The notes under the pieces were generated by a model that did not search any database, was not told the origin of the DNA, and worked only from the letters and a program-made list of their open reading frames with translations. 64,000 nt of DNA from positions 1,745 to 65,744 of IMG/VR virus record IMGVR_UViG_3300024520_000066. One strand, 5' to 3'. This document shows, in pieces, positions 11,101-20,878 of this stretch. Position 1 is the first letter of the stretch; each line of letters opens with the position of its first letter. Both the position numbers and the translations under genes were made by a program. Source of the DNA: a virus (Duplodnaviria; Caudoviricetes).

Positions 11101-14100
11101 TACAGTATTATGTATCCTTTCAGCTAATTCAAATCCTTTAGTAGGAACACCATCAACAGTATATTCACTAGTTAAATCTAATCCTTCAAAAATATTCTTT
11201 TGAATTTGAGATCCAACATTAGTTTCTTTCATGTTTTTAATAGGAAGGTCTTGTTGTAATTTCCAACCTCTATTAGAAAGAACTTGAGGATTTAATACAA
11301 TATCTTCTTCAGACAATAATTCAGTAGTTCCTGCTTTATTTATAGTTGTTGGTTCTACTGCGCCAACTTTAACACCGTCAATTGTTATTACTTCATGAAT
11401 TTCCTCATAAGCTTCAATTGTATATTCTACTTTTCCAGAAGGACTAGTTTTTGTTGGCCCTTGCATTTTATTTAACATAGACTCCATTGGAGTTCCTTTA
11501 ACGAGAGAAGGAATCAATACAGCTTGAGAGTATTTTAAATAAACGGGACGACCCTCATTTATCTCAAAATACACACCTTTTAAAGGCTGAGCTGCTAATT
11601 TCATTTCTTGAGGAGACATTGATTTGCCAGATATCATCTTTTCATAGACCTTATCATGTTGTGGCCCCCATTGTCCAAGTTTTTGTTTTAAAAATCTCCA
11701 TCTACGAGGAGTTATCCAAGCCTGAGCATCAGTAGTGTTTACTTTATCATAAGCGCCTGCAATAGACTTGTCTTTTAACGAGTCTTTTATCTTTTGAACA
11801 TACTTAGATGCAACTTCAACTCCAGATACAGTGGCTTGATTAAATATTATAGAATCACCATCCTCTAATCTTAATTGTAATCCATCAGTGTATGTTGCTG
11901 GAATACGCTTAATTAAATCAGCGTTATTTTTATAGTAAGCTGGGTCACCAGAGAATAACTTTGTATATTCTACTGAAGCTATTAATCCGTTCATGAAGTA
12001 ATCTCCTGCCATTCCTACTTCCCCGCCTTTGTTCTTGTATAAATCAACTATATCTTTGCTAATTCCGTCAATTTTAGAAAGCTTTTCTGCGTGTTCAGAA
12101 ACTCTGTCACGAATATCATTCTCTATAAATTTACGAACTATATTTTCCTGTTCTTTAGATAAACCATCGTATGTTGAATCTTCAAAAGTTTCACCATAAA
12201 TAGCTTCTCTTAGTTCTTTGTATTTTGGGTCAGTGCTATCTTTATTAAATTCAGGGAATATTTGTGACTTAAGACCATTTCCATTTTCACCGTGGTAATG
12301 AACTACTTTTTTAACAGTATCATCAGAGTTCTCACGATTAACTCTTTTCATCCTGTTATATTCATCGAGGAAGTATCCAAGAGCTACTTCGACAGCTTTT
12401 GGGGAAATATAAATAGAGTTATCGTTTGGATTCAACTGGATGTTAAATGCAATCGGATTAAATCCTTCAAATAAAATTCTTCGTGATTTGTCAGCAGCTA
12501 TAATAGTTGGAAACATTGATTTGGAAGATTTATTAATCAATCCATTCAACATTTGAACTATGTTAGCGTTAATCTGGTCATTTGTAGTAATAGATGTGTT
12601 ATCAACGCCATCATTTTTTCTTCTTGATTTGAATGAAGAGTCTAAACCGGCTTTTAATCCATCCAATCTCTCATTTCTTAATTTAGTTCTTTCTGCTCCT
12701 TTTGGAGTATCAAGAGCTAATAAATATCTTAGCCATACAGAATTCTGTTTAGACTTATCCATAGCCATATTCTCTAATGAAGATGGATCTTTCTTCCATT
12801 CATTTATCTTATTAGAAATATAAGTTGGATTAGATACAGTATATCCTGTTTTACCATCATTAAGTAATACAGACATATCAGCCATATCAGTCATTCTCAT
12901 ACCTACAGCTTCAGCAAAAGCTCTTGTAGAGTTTTCTCTGTTAAATATATTCTCAAATCCTGCATCTTTTGTTGAAAATTGAAAATCAGGTTGAAGAATA
13001 TCATTTAATAAAAAGCTTATTTGTTTATGAAGCAAATCTATTGTCTGCTCCATTTTTTTATCACCACCATTCATGGTAACAAGAGTGTTTATATCATCTG
13101 TAAAAATATCAGTAGCTCCTAATCTTTGAAGAATATCTAATAAATCTACTGCAGATAAGTTTACAGCATCAAGCAATGCATTTTGATATGCTTCAGACTC
13201 TCTATTTGTTCCTGCATTTTGTAGATCTTCATTCCATAATCTTTCAGCTTCTCTTGCGTCTTTAAATATTTGAGCTAATACACCTCTTTCTCTATCCTGT
13301 AATCTGCCATTTTGATCTAAAAATCTTGCAATGAATCCGTTATTCCACTTATTCATTAACTGACTTCTTCTACTGTTTGTAGATGTAGCATTTATAACGG
13401 TATATTTACCACTATCAACTTGTGTTACAAAATAATTTAAGTGAGTTTTATTAAAAGCCTGAACAAACTCAGTTATCTTGTTCTTATTGTTTGTCTTTAC
13501 ATAAAAATCAAGCTTATCTAATAAATCATGCATCCATGGTTTTGTATCCCTGAAATCATTGATTTTATTATACATGACATCAAATATATCAACAACATTT
13601 TCTCCGTGTCCGTATCCAATTTCATCAACTAAAATACTATTTAATGTATTCCAGACATCATCAAATTTTGCAAACATTGGCATTTCAAGAAATCCATCTT
13701 CAACTGGGACTGAAACTTCAATACCATCTTCATTTTCAGCAAATACTCTTTCTTCAATCTGAGATAAGAATATTTTTGTATTTACAGTTGCTGTTTCTTT
13801 AGAGTTAGTTTCAAAACTCTCTTTTATATTTACACCACCACCCCTGTCTTCTTCTGCAATTTCAGTGATTGGATTACCTTTTTCATCAGTAATTTTTTCA
13901 CGAATCTTAACTCCAAGTCTATCAATAGTTGATATTAACTCAGTTCTAAAGTCTTCTTTATTTTTTTCTACTAATTCAATTCTTTCTAAAAGCTCAGCTT
14001 CATTCTCACGACCTTTTATTTTCTCTTTATAAGAAGCTATTGTCTTTTCAATAGAATCCATAATCCTGCCTTTCTCAAGTTCAGATGGGTCATAATTATT

Positions 14101-14490
14101 ATAGGACTTCTTGCCACTCTGCAATACAAAATTGTATAGCAAGTGTTCAGTCACTTCTTCTACTTGTTGAGCTGTAAATTCGGAGAATTTGTATTTGTCG
14201 ATATAATCTCTATCTCCATTCTTATCCGTGAAGAACCACATTCCTGTAGTTAAGTCTTTTTTCAACAGAGGCTCCCCTGTTTTAGGGTTGACAAGACCTA
14301 TTTGTTCATTCTCGAAACCTTTTTCATTTCGATAAACTTTTTCCCAATTACCAAACCTTTGCATAAAACTATTGCCTAACACTTTCGCGTAGGCAATTTC
14401 AGCTAACTGTGCATCTTGAAAGATTGATAGAAATTGGTCGTGCAATTCGGATTTCTTCCCATTTGCAGGATTTTCTACATTACATTTCAT
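8107..14490 (-). CDS. virion-packaged RNA polymerase (crAss-like, phi14:2 gp66 type)
   Basis: 2127 aa; catalytic loop TGSDFDIDKLF (DFDIDK at 10450-10467) preceded by YRIPNQ; middle gene of a trio of giant genes. Confidence 0.92.
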   Translation of the reverse strand: MKCNVENPANGKKSELHDQFLSIFQDAQLAEIAYAKVLGNSFMQRFGNWEKVYRNEKGFENEQIGLVNPKTGEPLLKKDLTTGMWFFTDKNGDRDYIDKYKFSEFTAQQVEEVTEHLLYNFVLQSGKKSYNNYDPSELEKGRIMDSIEKTIASYKEKIKGRENEAELLERIELVEKNKEDFRTELISTIDRLGVKIREKITDEKGNPITEIAEEDRGGGVNIKESFETNSKETATVNTKIFLSQIEERVFAENEDGIEVSVPVEDGFLEMPMFAKFDDVWNTLNSILVDEIGYGHGENVVDIFDVMYNKINDFRDTKPWMHDLLDKLDFYVKTNNKNKITEFVQAFNKTHLNYFVTQVDSGKYTVINATSTNSRRSQLMNKWNNGFIARFLDQNGRLQDRERGVLAQIFKDAREAERLWNEDLQNAGTNRESEAYQNALLDAVNLSAVDLLDILQRLGATDIFTDDINTLVTMNGGDKKMEQTIDLLHKQISFLLNDILQPDFQFSTKDAGFENIFNRENSTRAFAEAVGMRMTDMADMSVLLNDGKTGYTVSNPTYISNKINEWKKDPSSLENMAMDKSKQNSVWLRYLLALDTPKGAERTKLRNERLDGLKAGLDSSFKSRRKNDGVDNTSITTNDQINANIVQMLNGLINKSSKSMFPTIIAADKSRRILFEGFNPIAFNIQLNPNDNSIYISPKAVEVALGYFLDEYNRMKRVNRENSDDTVKKVVHYHGENGNGLKSQIFPEFNKDSTDPKYKELREAIYGETFEDSTYDGLSKEQENIVRKFIENDIRDRVSEHAEKLSKIDGISKDIVDLYKNKGGEVGMAGDYFMNGLIASVEYTKLFSGDPAYYKNNADLIKRIPATYTDGLQLRLEDGDSIIFNQATVSGVEVASKYVQKIKDSLKDKSIAGAYDKVNTTDAQAWITPRRWRFLKQKLGQWGPQHDKVYEKMISGKSMSPQEMKLAAQPLKGVYFEINEGRPVYLKYSQAVLIPSLVKGTPMESMLNKMQGPTKTSPSGKVEYTIEAYEEIHEVITIDGVKVGAVEPTTINKAGTTELLSEEDIVLNPQVLSNRGWKLQQDLPIKNMKETNVGSQIQKNIFEGLDLTSEYTVDGVPTKGFELAERIHNTVSKLSNLGKDEIKKAFGIDENNVISDKQYIYNALIEEFTDRGGNENVIDALRKQMPFDAIPQIKGKVESIFMSIMNRKMTKISTQGGSFIQVSPFGLEKVGEDSGITIVSDAYNNEGLLPPRIENGKVLPGQAFIPHTQAMKLLDKHKISLEGKDLASAMALLDPSALELITYRIPNQGMSSNDYLQIVGVLPPGVGDSIVVYDGLPAKTGSDFDIDKLFAMQNNLVYDPEIMRLTKLTAENKHLAVDDNGNQVSEAQIEKMLAQNELVSLYKSVLNSPLTYDSMMRSIDGAQLKDDIVGNKKKGVKGLFEAPVMKNMELFSPLTQLETKSEYLSGKMGVGQTANHLVDHVMNQSLNVRFDSWIGIGNQKEVEITSGKRKGEKKLVTFFDSETTGSNSIADNLSAFLNAYVDIAKDPYIARANHNSITANTTFMLLRAGVDMKWVNRFIGQPILKELVQLQQEQMSITAKGVEVSGEKASPLEKILDKYGFPPIGNNVTGKNVAALTESELEANIRADKTDPNLDYEVLKAWIFLKDKAKLFSEGVIAAKSDTAGAGGSNIERQINENKITKILTEKDKSKKLVGYEAKFEGTMLGTYRDNTLNFVRDVVKASNLFLSGTQGAIDTFNNISNETANGKLLTDEELGRSVNGAFYSYIMSGITLFKNNNKRYDVLTTNVPLEIQKRQLAISDGTAERNFLIEEFEFGTYKNKQYVGINNKNKPTYYQNQIYRGWMDLYESYNYKEDGSLDMENIHPDRKFAIDLARYAFLSSGFQNNLSQFFTHIPHQILKDFNMSGEIRDAIAKADEMTTDEYFVDQFQRHSSDNGKVVKTLKIQKMQGDQYAFIYKPAKNKSQEFGSDDGTFPKFVNGRWGRDTFLFERVGTVSREDANGQKMRVPVYARTFKLGTSEGKYKTFEYEKGVNITESKVESNNVPILDKLKVQEKVESIMRMEETFKDNNAKKFDPVAYNLSKEAQLSDYNVIKQNLSQIIEDKKISCK

Positions 14491-14505
14491 TATAATATGT
14501 ATTAA

Positions 14506-17500
14506 TTATTTTTTCTTAGAGCATCTAGGTTGTTTTGTGTCATCTTCCTTATTGACTTTATCGTCTGATTGAGTCCTTGTTCTAGGTTTTGATGTTGTTG
14601 AACCTGAGCCTATTTTTCTTCCTCTAGTACGAATAGTTCTAGTTGGGACGGAAGGTACGTCTTTTTCTTTAGAATCACTAATTTTAGTATCATCATTTTT
14701 TGTTACATCAGTAGTATCCTCATCAATAGTAATTTTTTTTGCATCAAATTTAGTCTGCATGTCATCCTTAATCTTGTTGATAGCATCAACATCTTCTTTA
14801 GAGACTAGTTTTCCACCAACCTTTGTTACGGCAGTTCCATCAGGCTTAACTGTAATACCATACTGATACATCTTACCTGGAAATGCTTTTGCAACAGCAG
14901 CGTTAATTTCAACCAGACTTGGCCCAGTTGCTTCAGTTATTACATTCTCTGCTCCAATAACAGGCTCTACAACTTTTTTAACTGGAGCTGTTTTCTTTAT
15001 TTTAGCCTGTTTTGCAGGAACTTTGCTGTCAACAGGTTTAGTACGGACTTGAACTCTTCTTAAGTCTCTTCCAGAAGCCTCACCTCCTGATTTCTCGTAT
15101 TGTTCTCTAGTCTCAGTTTGAAATTCAGGTTGACCTACAACAACATTAGTATTAATGATTCTATTATCTATTATAAAATCTCTGTAACCAGGATAGTTCT
15201 CTTGGTCATTCCACATATTTAGATTAACCTGTCTTCTCTTGACATCTCTTAAGTAGTCAATTAGTTCTTGTTTTTTAGACTCTCTATTTCCTGGATTTAC
15301 ATGATTATTCCCATCTCCGAAATACAGATTAACACCACTCATGTATAATTGAGATGTTAATCCTTCAGTTTTAGGGCTAACATAAACAAACATGTTTATA
15401 ATATCTTTTAGTATAGGATCACTATTCTTTTTCTTAAGTAATTCTACCTCTGGCCCTAATTGTTCTTCAACTCTTTTCTTTAAATCTGGGTCTAATAATG
15501 ATAGAGGTGTTGATAATGTATATTTCTTTGGAGTTCCTTTCTCTTTTGATGTAGGAACTGCAATATCTACTAATAAATCAGCTAATACTTCAGCCTGTTC
15601 ATTTGTATTCTTTAAGAAATTAAGTCTAACAGGAAATGGAGTCCCATCTGCTTTTCTTATAATTAAGAATAAACCACCACGATAAGGTTGAGGAGTTCCA
15701 TCCTCATTCTCTCCAACAGATAATTGTTTATTTCTAAACTCTGCATTTCGAGTTTTCTTATCCATTTCTATTAAATTCCCGTCAAGATCTGAAAATACAA
15801 TATGTGGTTCTTTCCCACTATCTTTTATTTGCTTAAGGTCTTTAATATTATTCTCTGCAACAGTACCAGATTCACTTGGCTGAAGTTGTAATTGTCCTCC
15901 AGAAGAGTTTGCAATTACAGTTTCAACTTTCTCACCTCTTGCTAACGCGTCAATTATATTTCTTCTCTCAGTGGCGTAATTCTCTTCGTATCTTTTCTTT
16001 TTAACAGCACTTCCTTCACCTGCAGAAGCATCTGGCAAGAATGTATTAATTTTATCACCATCACCAACAAATGCTTGTATTGGAAAATAGTCATATACAC
16101 TTTGAGGTATTTCTCTTTTATTTTTTACAGCAGCATTAAAAGCACTTACAGCTTTAGCTGAAGGATGTTCAGGATTTCCTCTCCAAGATCCTCTTTTAGA
16201 TAGTTCAAATCTTACAGGAACACCTTCTTTAGGTTGTCCGTTATGAATCCATTCTCTATAACCTGCGCTAGTTACACTATCTGCATCAAGTAATGCTATT
16301 GATTTACCAGTTCCAACTTTTACTTCATAAGCTTTATCTTGCTCTTGAGCAATCTCTTCTTCAAAATATCTTTCTTCATCTACATTTTCATCTTCAATAG
16401 CTTCTTGAACCGGAACATTAACCACACTATTTGGTGGATTTTTAGGATTTTTAGCTCTAGTTTTGGCATCTTGTTTTATTTCAGCTTCAGCCTTTTTGTT
16501 GATTTGTTTAGCTCTAGCTTCTGCTTCTTCTTTCTCGATGGCTTTCAGCCTTGAATCTATTTGATCTAATACTTTTTGCTTCTCACTTGATCTTGAATAT
16601 CCAGCGACCTCACCTTTTTCAACTCTTTGCTTAAAAGTATTCAACATATCTTTATCAGTAGTTGAGTCAATCAAAGCTTTTGTTTGTTTATTTATTAGAG
16701 CTTGTTGAAATTCTTTGTCATTTAGTTTAGTAAGTTGAGCTTGATTCTCAGTTATTGCGTCATTATATTCTAATTGCTCAACATATCCATCAGCTATTTC
16801 AAACTGGACATCCTTATTATATACCTTAGCGGCTAATTCATCACCTTTTTTTTGGTCACGACTTTGCTCATCTTGAGGTTTACTTAATTCTTTAAACTCT
16901 TCTTTTAATCTTGAAAGGTTGTAATTGTGATTTTTAATAATATCACTTTTTGTCTTCTTAACATCCTTGTCTATTGTTTTTTCAAGAGCTGCAGTTTGTC
17001 TTTTTATAATTTCTTGAGTAGCAAGTATCCTAGACTCTACATCTTTCTTAGTTTTAAAGTTATCACTAGGCTTTCTAATACCGTCATATCTTATACTATC
17101 TATTCTTTCTTGCTGTTCTTTCTCAGATTGTTTTGATTTTTCAGAGTATTTTTTATTTTGATACTCAATAGCAGTCATTGCTTTGATAATATTATCTTGA
17201 ACATTTCTGTTCTTAGCCTTATTGAGGTTTTTGAAATGAATTTCTTTTACCTCTTGTGCTATCTTTAATGCTCTGTTTGCATTTGACTTAGCTAATTCTG
17301 AGTTCCACTCATATCCATTGTCTTCTTCAAATTTAGTTTTTTCTTCAGAAGACATCTCTGGACCATCTTTGATAGAAGTCATTACCATCTCAAGATTGTC
17401 ATTGTTTATACCGTCAAGAATCATTGATAGCATTATATCATCTTGAGCAGCTTCTATTTCTCTTTGAGTACCTAACTGGTCAGCTTTATTTTTTTCTATT

Positions 17501-18840
17501 TGAAGTGCAGCTAATACTTTGTTTCTATCTGCTAATGCAGAATTAAAATTCTCTGCTGCATTTGCTTCAAATTCTTTTCTATCTTTAGATTGAAATGCTT
17601 TATTTACTTTTGGCCCAATCATTTGAAATACAGAACCACCAAGACCACCAAATAACATAGATGTCTTAGCTTCATCAGAAGACATTACTTCTGATAACTG
17701 ATTATTGTATTCTTCTTGAGAAATAAGACCTGCCTGTAAATCAGTTTTTAATTTAGCACGAGATGATATATAATGTTGATATCCTTCTTCAAACCCTTCT
17801 GATGCAAAAGTTCCTAAAGCTCCTGCTCCTTTTTTAACCCAACTAGGGACATCTAAAGAAGTTGTCATCTTTCTTGCAACTTCCATTTGTCTGGTAACTG
17901 GATTAAATACTTTTCCAATAGATAGGTATTGAACCATATCTTGAGCTAACATAGCCCAGCCATGTTTATAATTATCTGCAGCCCCTTCAGCAGCTAAAGC
18001 TTTTGCTTCTTCATCCGTGAAATACACCCCTGTCTTAGGGTTTATTTGCATCATTTTTTCATTATATATATCCTGAAATGTTCCTGAAGACTCCATTGAA
18101 TTTTCAATATGTCTTGAAACAACAGCTTGACTGATACCCTCAGTCATCCAATTTGCTTTTATTCCCATTTGAGAAGCTACATCAAAAGCTTCTTTTGATA
18201 TTTCTCTTCCTAATGATTTACCAACACTTTTACCAGCGCGTCCAGCAATTTTTGAAACCCCTCTTCCAATCATTCCTAATCCTTTAGTTGCCGCCATAGA
18301 TGGAATCATCATTGAAAGAGTAGATGCAACAGATACAGAGTTTTTAAACCAATATCCCGGATCAGATAAATTCATTTCACCAGGAGTTTCTTCATATATT
18401 TGTGTAGCTTCTTGAGTCTTCTCTCTTATAGATTTACCTATATCTGAAAACCAGTTAGTAAATTCTTTTTCATTACCAGCAACTAAATTACCTATACCCT
18501 GCCAATCCATTAGATATCCTAAACCCTCAATAGTTCCTCCTACTATTTCTCCAACTACAGCTTGAGTAATAGCATTCCCTAATTGATCTTGCCAAGGTTG
18601 TAATGCAGCTCTCTTTTTATTAAGGCCACCTTCCTTATCAATTTCTTCTATTGTAGCAGTCTTATCCCATTGAGAATCTCCAAGACCTGTATTACCTACA
18701 TCTCTTCTTTTTTCCCAAATAGCTTTTTTGCCAGGATCTCCAGGTAATACATCAGCAAACTCTTCTTCAGAAAATAACAGATCTGAAGGCTGTTCTACTA
18801 TCTCAAGACTTGAGTCTAATAATTCATCTAATTCATCCAT
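14506..18840 (-). CDS. large crAss-like virion cargo protein
   Basis: 1444 aa, helical/coiled-coil rich, first of the giant-gene trio. Confidence 0.7.
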   Translation of the reverse strand: MDELDELLDSSLEIVEQPSDLLFSEEEFADVLPGDPGKKAIWEKRRDVGNTGLGDSQWDKTATIEEIDKEGGLNKKRAALQPWQDQLGNAITQAVVGEIVGGTIEGLGYLMDWQGIGNLVAGNEKEFTNWFSDIGKSIREKTQEATQIYEETPGEMNLSDPGYWFKNSVSVASTLSMMIPSMAATKGLGMIGRGVSKIAGRAGKSVGKSLGREISKEAFDVASQMGIKANWMTEGISQAVVSRHIENSMESSGTFQDIYNEKMMQINPKTGVYFTDEEAKALAAEGAADNYKHGWAMLAQDMVQYLSIGKVFNPVTRQMEVARKMTTSLDVPSWVKKGAGALGTFASEGFEEGYQHYISSRAKLKTDLQAGLISQEEYNNQLSEVMSSDEAKTSMLFGGLGGSVFQMIGPKVNKAFQSKDRKEFEANAAENFNSALADRNKVLAALQIEKNKADQLGTQREIEAAQDDIMLSMILDGINNDNLEMVMTSIKDGPEMSSEEKTKFEEDNGYEWNSELAKSNANRALKIAQEVKEIHFKNLNKAKNRNVQDNIIKAMTAIEYQNKKYSEKSKQSEKEQQERIDSIRYDGIRKPSDNFKTKKDVESRILATQEIIKRQTAALEKTIDKDVKKTKSDIIKNHNYNLSRLKEEFKELSKPQDEQSRDQKKGDELAAKVYNKDVQFEIADGYVEQLEYNDAITENQAQLTKLNDKEFQQALINKQTKALIDSTTDKDMLNTFKQRVEKGEVAGYSRSSEKQKVLDQIDSRLKAIEKEEAEARAKQINKKAEAEIKQDAKTRAKNPKNPPNSVVNVPVQEAIEDENVDEERYFEEEIAQEQDKAYEVKVGTGKSIALLDADSVTSAGYREWIHNGQPKEGVPVRFELSKRGSWRGNPEHPSAKAVSAFNAAVKNKREIPQSVYDYFPIQAFVGDGDKINTFLPDASAGEGSAVKKKRYEENYATERRNIIDALARGEKVETVIANSSGGQLQLQPSESGTVAENNIKDLKQIKDSGKEPHIVFSDLDGNLIEMDKKTRNAEFRNKQLSVGENEDGTPQPYRGGLFLIIRKADGTPFPVRLNFLKNTNEQAEVLADLLVDIAVPTSKEKGTPKKYTLSTPLSLLDPDLKKRVEEQLGPEVELLKKKNSDPILKDIINMFVYVSPKTEGLTSQLYMSGVNLYFGDGNNHVNPGNRESKKQELIDYLRDVKRRQVNLNMWNDQENYPGYRDFIIDNRIINTNVVVGQPEFQTETREQYEKSGGEASGRDLRRVQVRTKPVDSKVPAKQAKIKKTAPVKKVVEPVIGAENVITEATGPSLVEINAAVAKAFPGKMYQYGITVKPDGTAVTKVGGKLVSKEDVDAINKIKDDMQTKFDAKKITIDEDTTDVTKNDDTKISDSKEKDVPSVPTRTIRTRGRKIGSGSTTSKPRTRTQSDDKVNKEDDTKQPRCSKKK

Positions 18841-18842
18841 AT

Positions 18843-20840
18843 TTATTCTTTTGAAAAGCCTGTTTTCTTATCTGCTATTTGATCGTAATACGAAGTAACT
18901 TGATTAATACTTCTTTGCATTTCTTCATCGTAAAAGAATTTGAATACTTTTGGTTCAATAGTAGTACCATCATCATTAACAGCAACTAGTGCTGTTGCTC
19001 CACTTTCAGTTGTAGCTCTTTTAAACTGCATTTTATCTAATTCATCTTTTGTGTATTCAGTTTTACTTCTTATAACTGCAGCTTCGTATCCTTTTGTTTG
19101 TGGATTAAGTTCAGTAATAACCATTTCATTTATAACGTCATTACTTACATTTGAACGCCTCTTAGTATTCATATAGTTTTTACCAGTCTTTATAGCTTCA
19201 TTCATTTTAGATATACTTCCAAGCATATCTTTAGGTTTCCCGTCATTTTGCATATAAATAACTGGAGTAGAACCATCTTCTAATTCAATTTGAACTGCAA
19301 AAGCTCCTGGCATTTCAATATGTCCAGGTGCAAATCCAAGTACTCGTCCAGTTTTTCTTACTATTGCATTAAATTCTTGAGGCTTAAGATCTAATTGTTC
19401 TGCTATAACCTCTTTACTTCCTCCTTCATGTCCAGCAATCTTCATATATTTCGTAGCAAAAGTACCATTAGCATCTCCAGATCCTATTAATTCTTTACCA
19501 AGAGCAACAAAAGTGCTTGATGGATTTTGAGGCTTGATAATCATAGACATACTCTTTTCTGCATTTTTTGCTCCATTCATGTAAATATCATAAACCTCTT
19601 TATCAGTCCAAGGTCTTGAAGGCTCTACTACATTTCCAGCTTCATCCTTTACTTCAGGTTTAAAAGAATTCAATACAGGACTATTTTTTCTTAATTCATC
19701 TAATGATGCTTTTAATTCAGCTTGCTCTTTATTTAATTGTTGGTATGTTTTATTGTTCATATCATAAGACAGCAATTCTAAATTTTTATCTTTCCAAGAA
19801 ATAGGTGATTTTTTAATTAATTCTCTTTCTTGAGCTATCTTTAATTCTCTTGCTTCATCATATTTTGGGCTTTGTTCAGGAAGCATGCCATTAACAAACC
19901 ATTCATTAGTTTTTTCTTGAGATGGTAAATTAAATGTTTCATTCCAAACGCCTTCAGTATATGTAACATTCATTGTATCCCAAACATTTTCAGTATTAAT
20001 CATTCCTTTGTTAGGATCAATTTTGTTTGATTGCATATTTGCAGGAAGTAAGTCAAATCTTCTACTTCTATCTTTTACTTGGAATACATTACCTGCTGAT
20101 TGAGCTGCTTTTGCTATTTCTTCAGATGCGTTTGCAATACCAAGCCTATCAACTTCACTAGCATAAGCCATTAAATCTAAATCACTCTCAAGTGCTTGTT
20201 TTATAACTTTTTCAATATGCTCTGCAGGCAAATCTTTATAGACATAAGACTCGTCTCTGTAAAATCCATCCTTATCCATAGTAATACCTGTTGCATCTGC
20301 AATTTGCTGAGGTGTCATTTTATCAGCAATATCATAAGCTTTATTAAGTATATCAATATGAGCTGTTCCTATATAATCTTGATATTGACCACCAGATGCA
20401 ACTCCTTGATAATTTGTAAGAGCCTCTTGTAATCCTAATTTTTTTTGTTCAGCAGTTAGATCCTTACGAGACATAATAGCTTTTTCATTTTCTTTGTACT
20501 GATTATACGCTGCGGCAGCTTGACCAGTTTTACCTGATAAGCTTAATTCATTAGTCTTTTTATTTCTTAGAGTTTTTACCTTATTAACAAGATTTCTGTC
20601 AACTCCTTGATTAAGTAATTGGTCAGTAAGTGAACTTGCCTCTTGTTTAAACGCGCCTATTTGTCCAGCAACATATTCTTTGTCTGGGCCTAGTGATTGA
20701 GACTCTAATGCTGCGAATTCATCTAATGCTAATTGTGCTTTATCCTCTTGCTCTTGTTTAGCTAGAGGAACCATAAGTATCTCATCAAGAGATAATGGTT
20801 TAAAAGATGATGTGCTTATATCTGGTGTTATTCCTGCCAT
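18843..20840 (-). CDS. putative virion cargo protein
   Basis: 665 aa, no Cys seen, between tail genes and the giant trio. Confidence 0.6.
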   Translation of the reverse strand: MAGITPDISTSSFKPLSLDEILMVPLAKQEQEDKAQLALDEFAALESQSLGPDKEYVAGQIGAFKQEASSLTDQLLNQGVDRNLVNKVKTLRNKKTNELSLSGKTGQAAAAYNQYKENEKAIMSRKDLTAEQKKLGLQEALTNYQGVASGGQYQDYIGTAHIDILNKAYDIADKMTPQQIADATGITMDKDGFYRDESYVYKDLPAEHIEKVIKQALESDLDLMAYASEVDRLGIANASEEIAKAAQSAGNVFQVKDRSRRFDLLPANMQSNKIDPNKGMINTENVWDTMNVTYTEGVWNETFNLPSQEKTNEWFVNGMLPEQSPKYDEARELKIAQERELIKKSPISWKDKNLELLSYDMNNKTYQQLNKEQAELKASLDELRKNSPVLNSFKPEVKDEAGNVVEPSRPWTDKEVYDIYMNGAKNAEKSMSMIIKPQNPSSTFVALGKELIGSGDANGTFATKYMKIAGHEGGSKEVIAEQLDLKPQEFNAIVRKTGRVLGFAPGHIEMPGAFAVQIELEDGSTPVIYMQNDGKPKDMLGSISKMNEAIKTGKNYMNTKRRSNVSNDVINEMVITELNPQTKGYEAAVIRSKTEYTKDELDKMQFKRATTESGATALVAVNDDGTTIEPKVFKFFYDEEMQRSINQVTSYYDQIADKKTGFSKE

Positions 20841-20878
20841 TGCGTAAATATATTATTTTTTCTAATTACTTGCTAATT

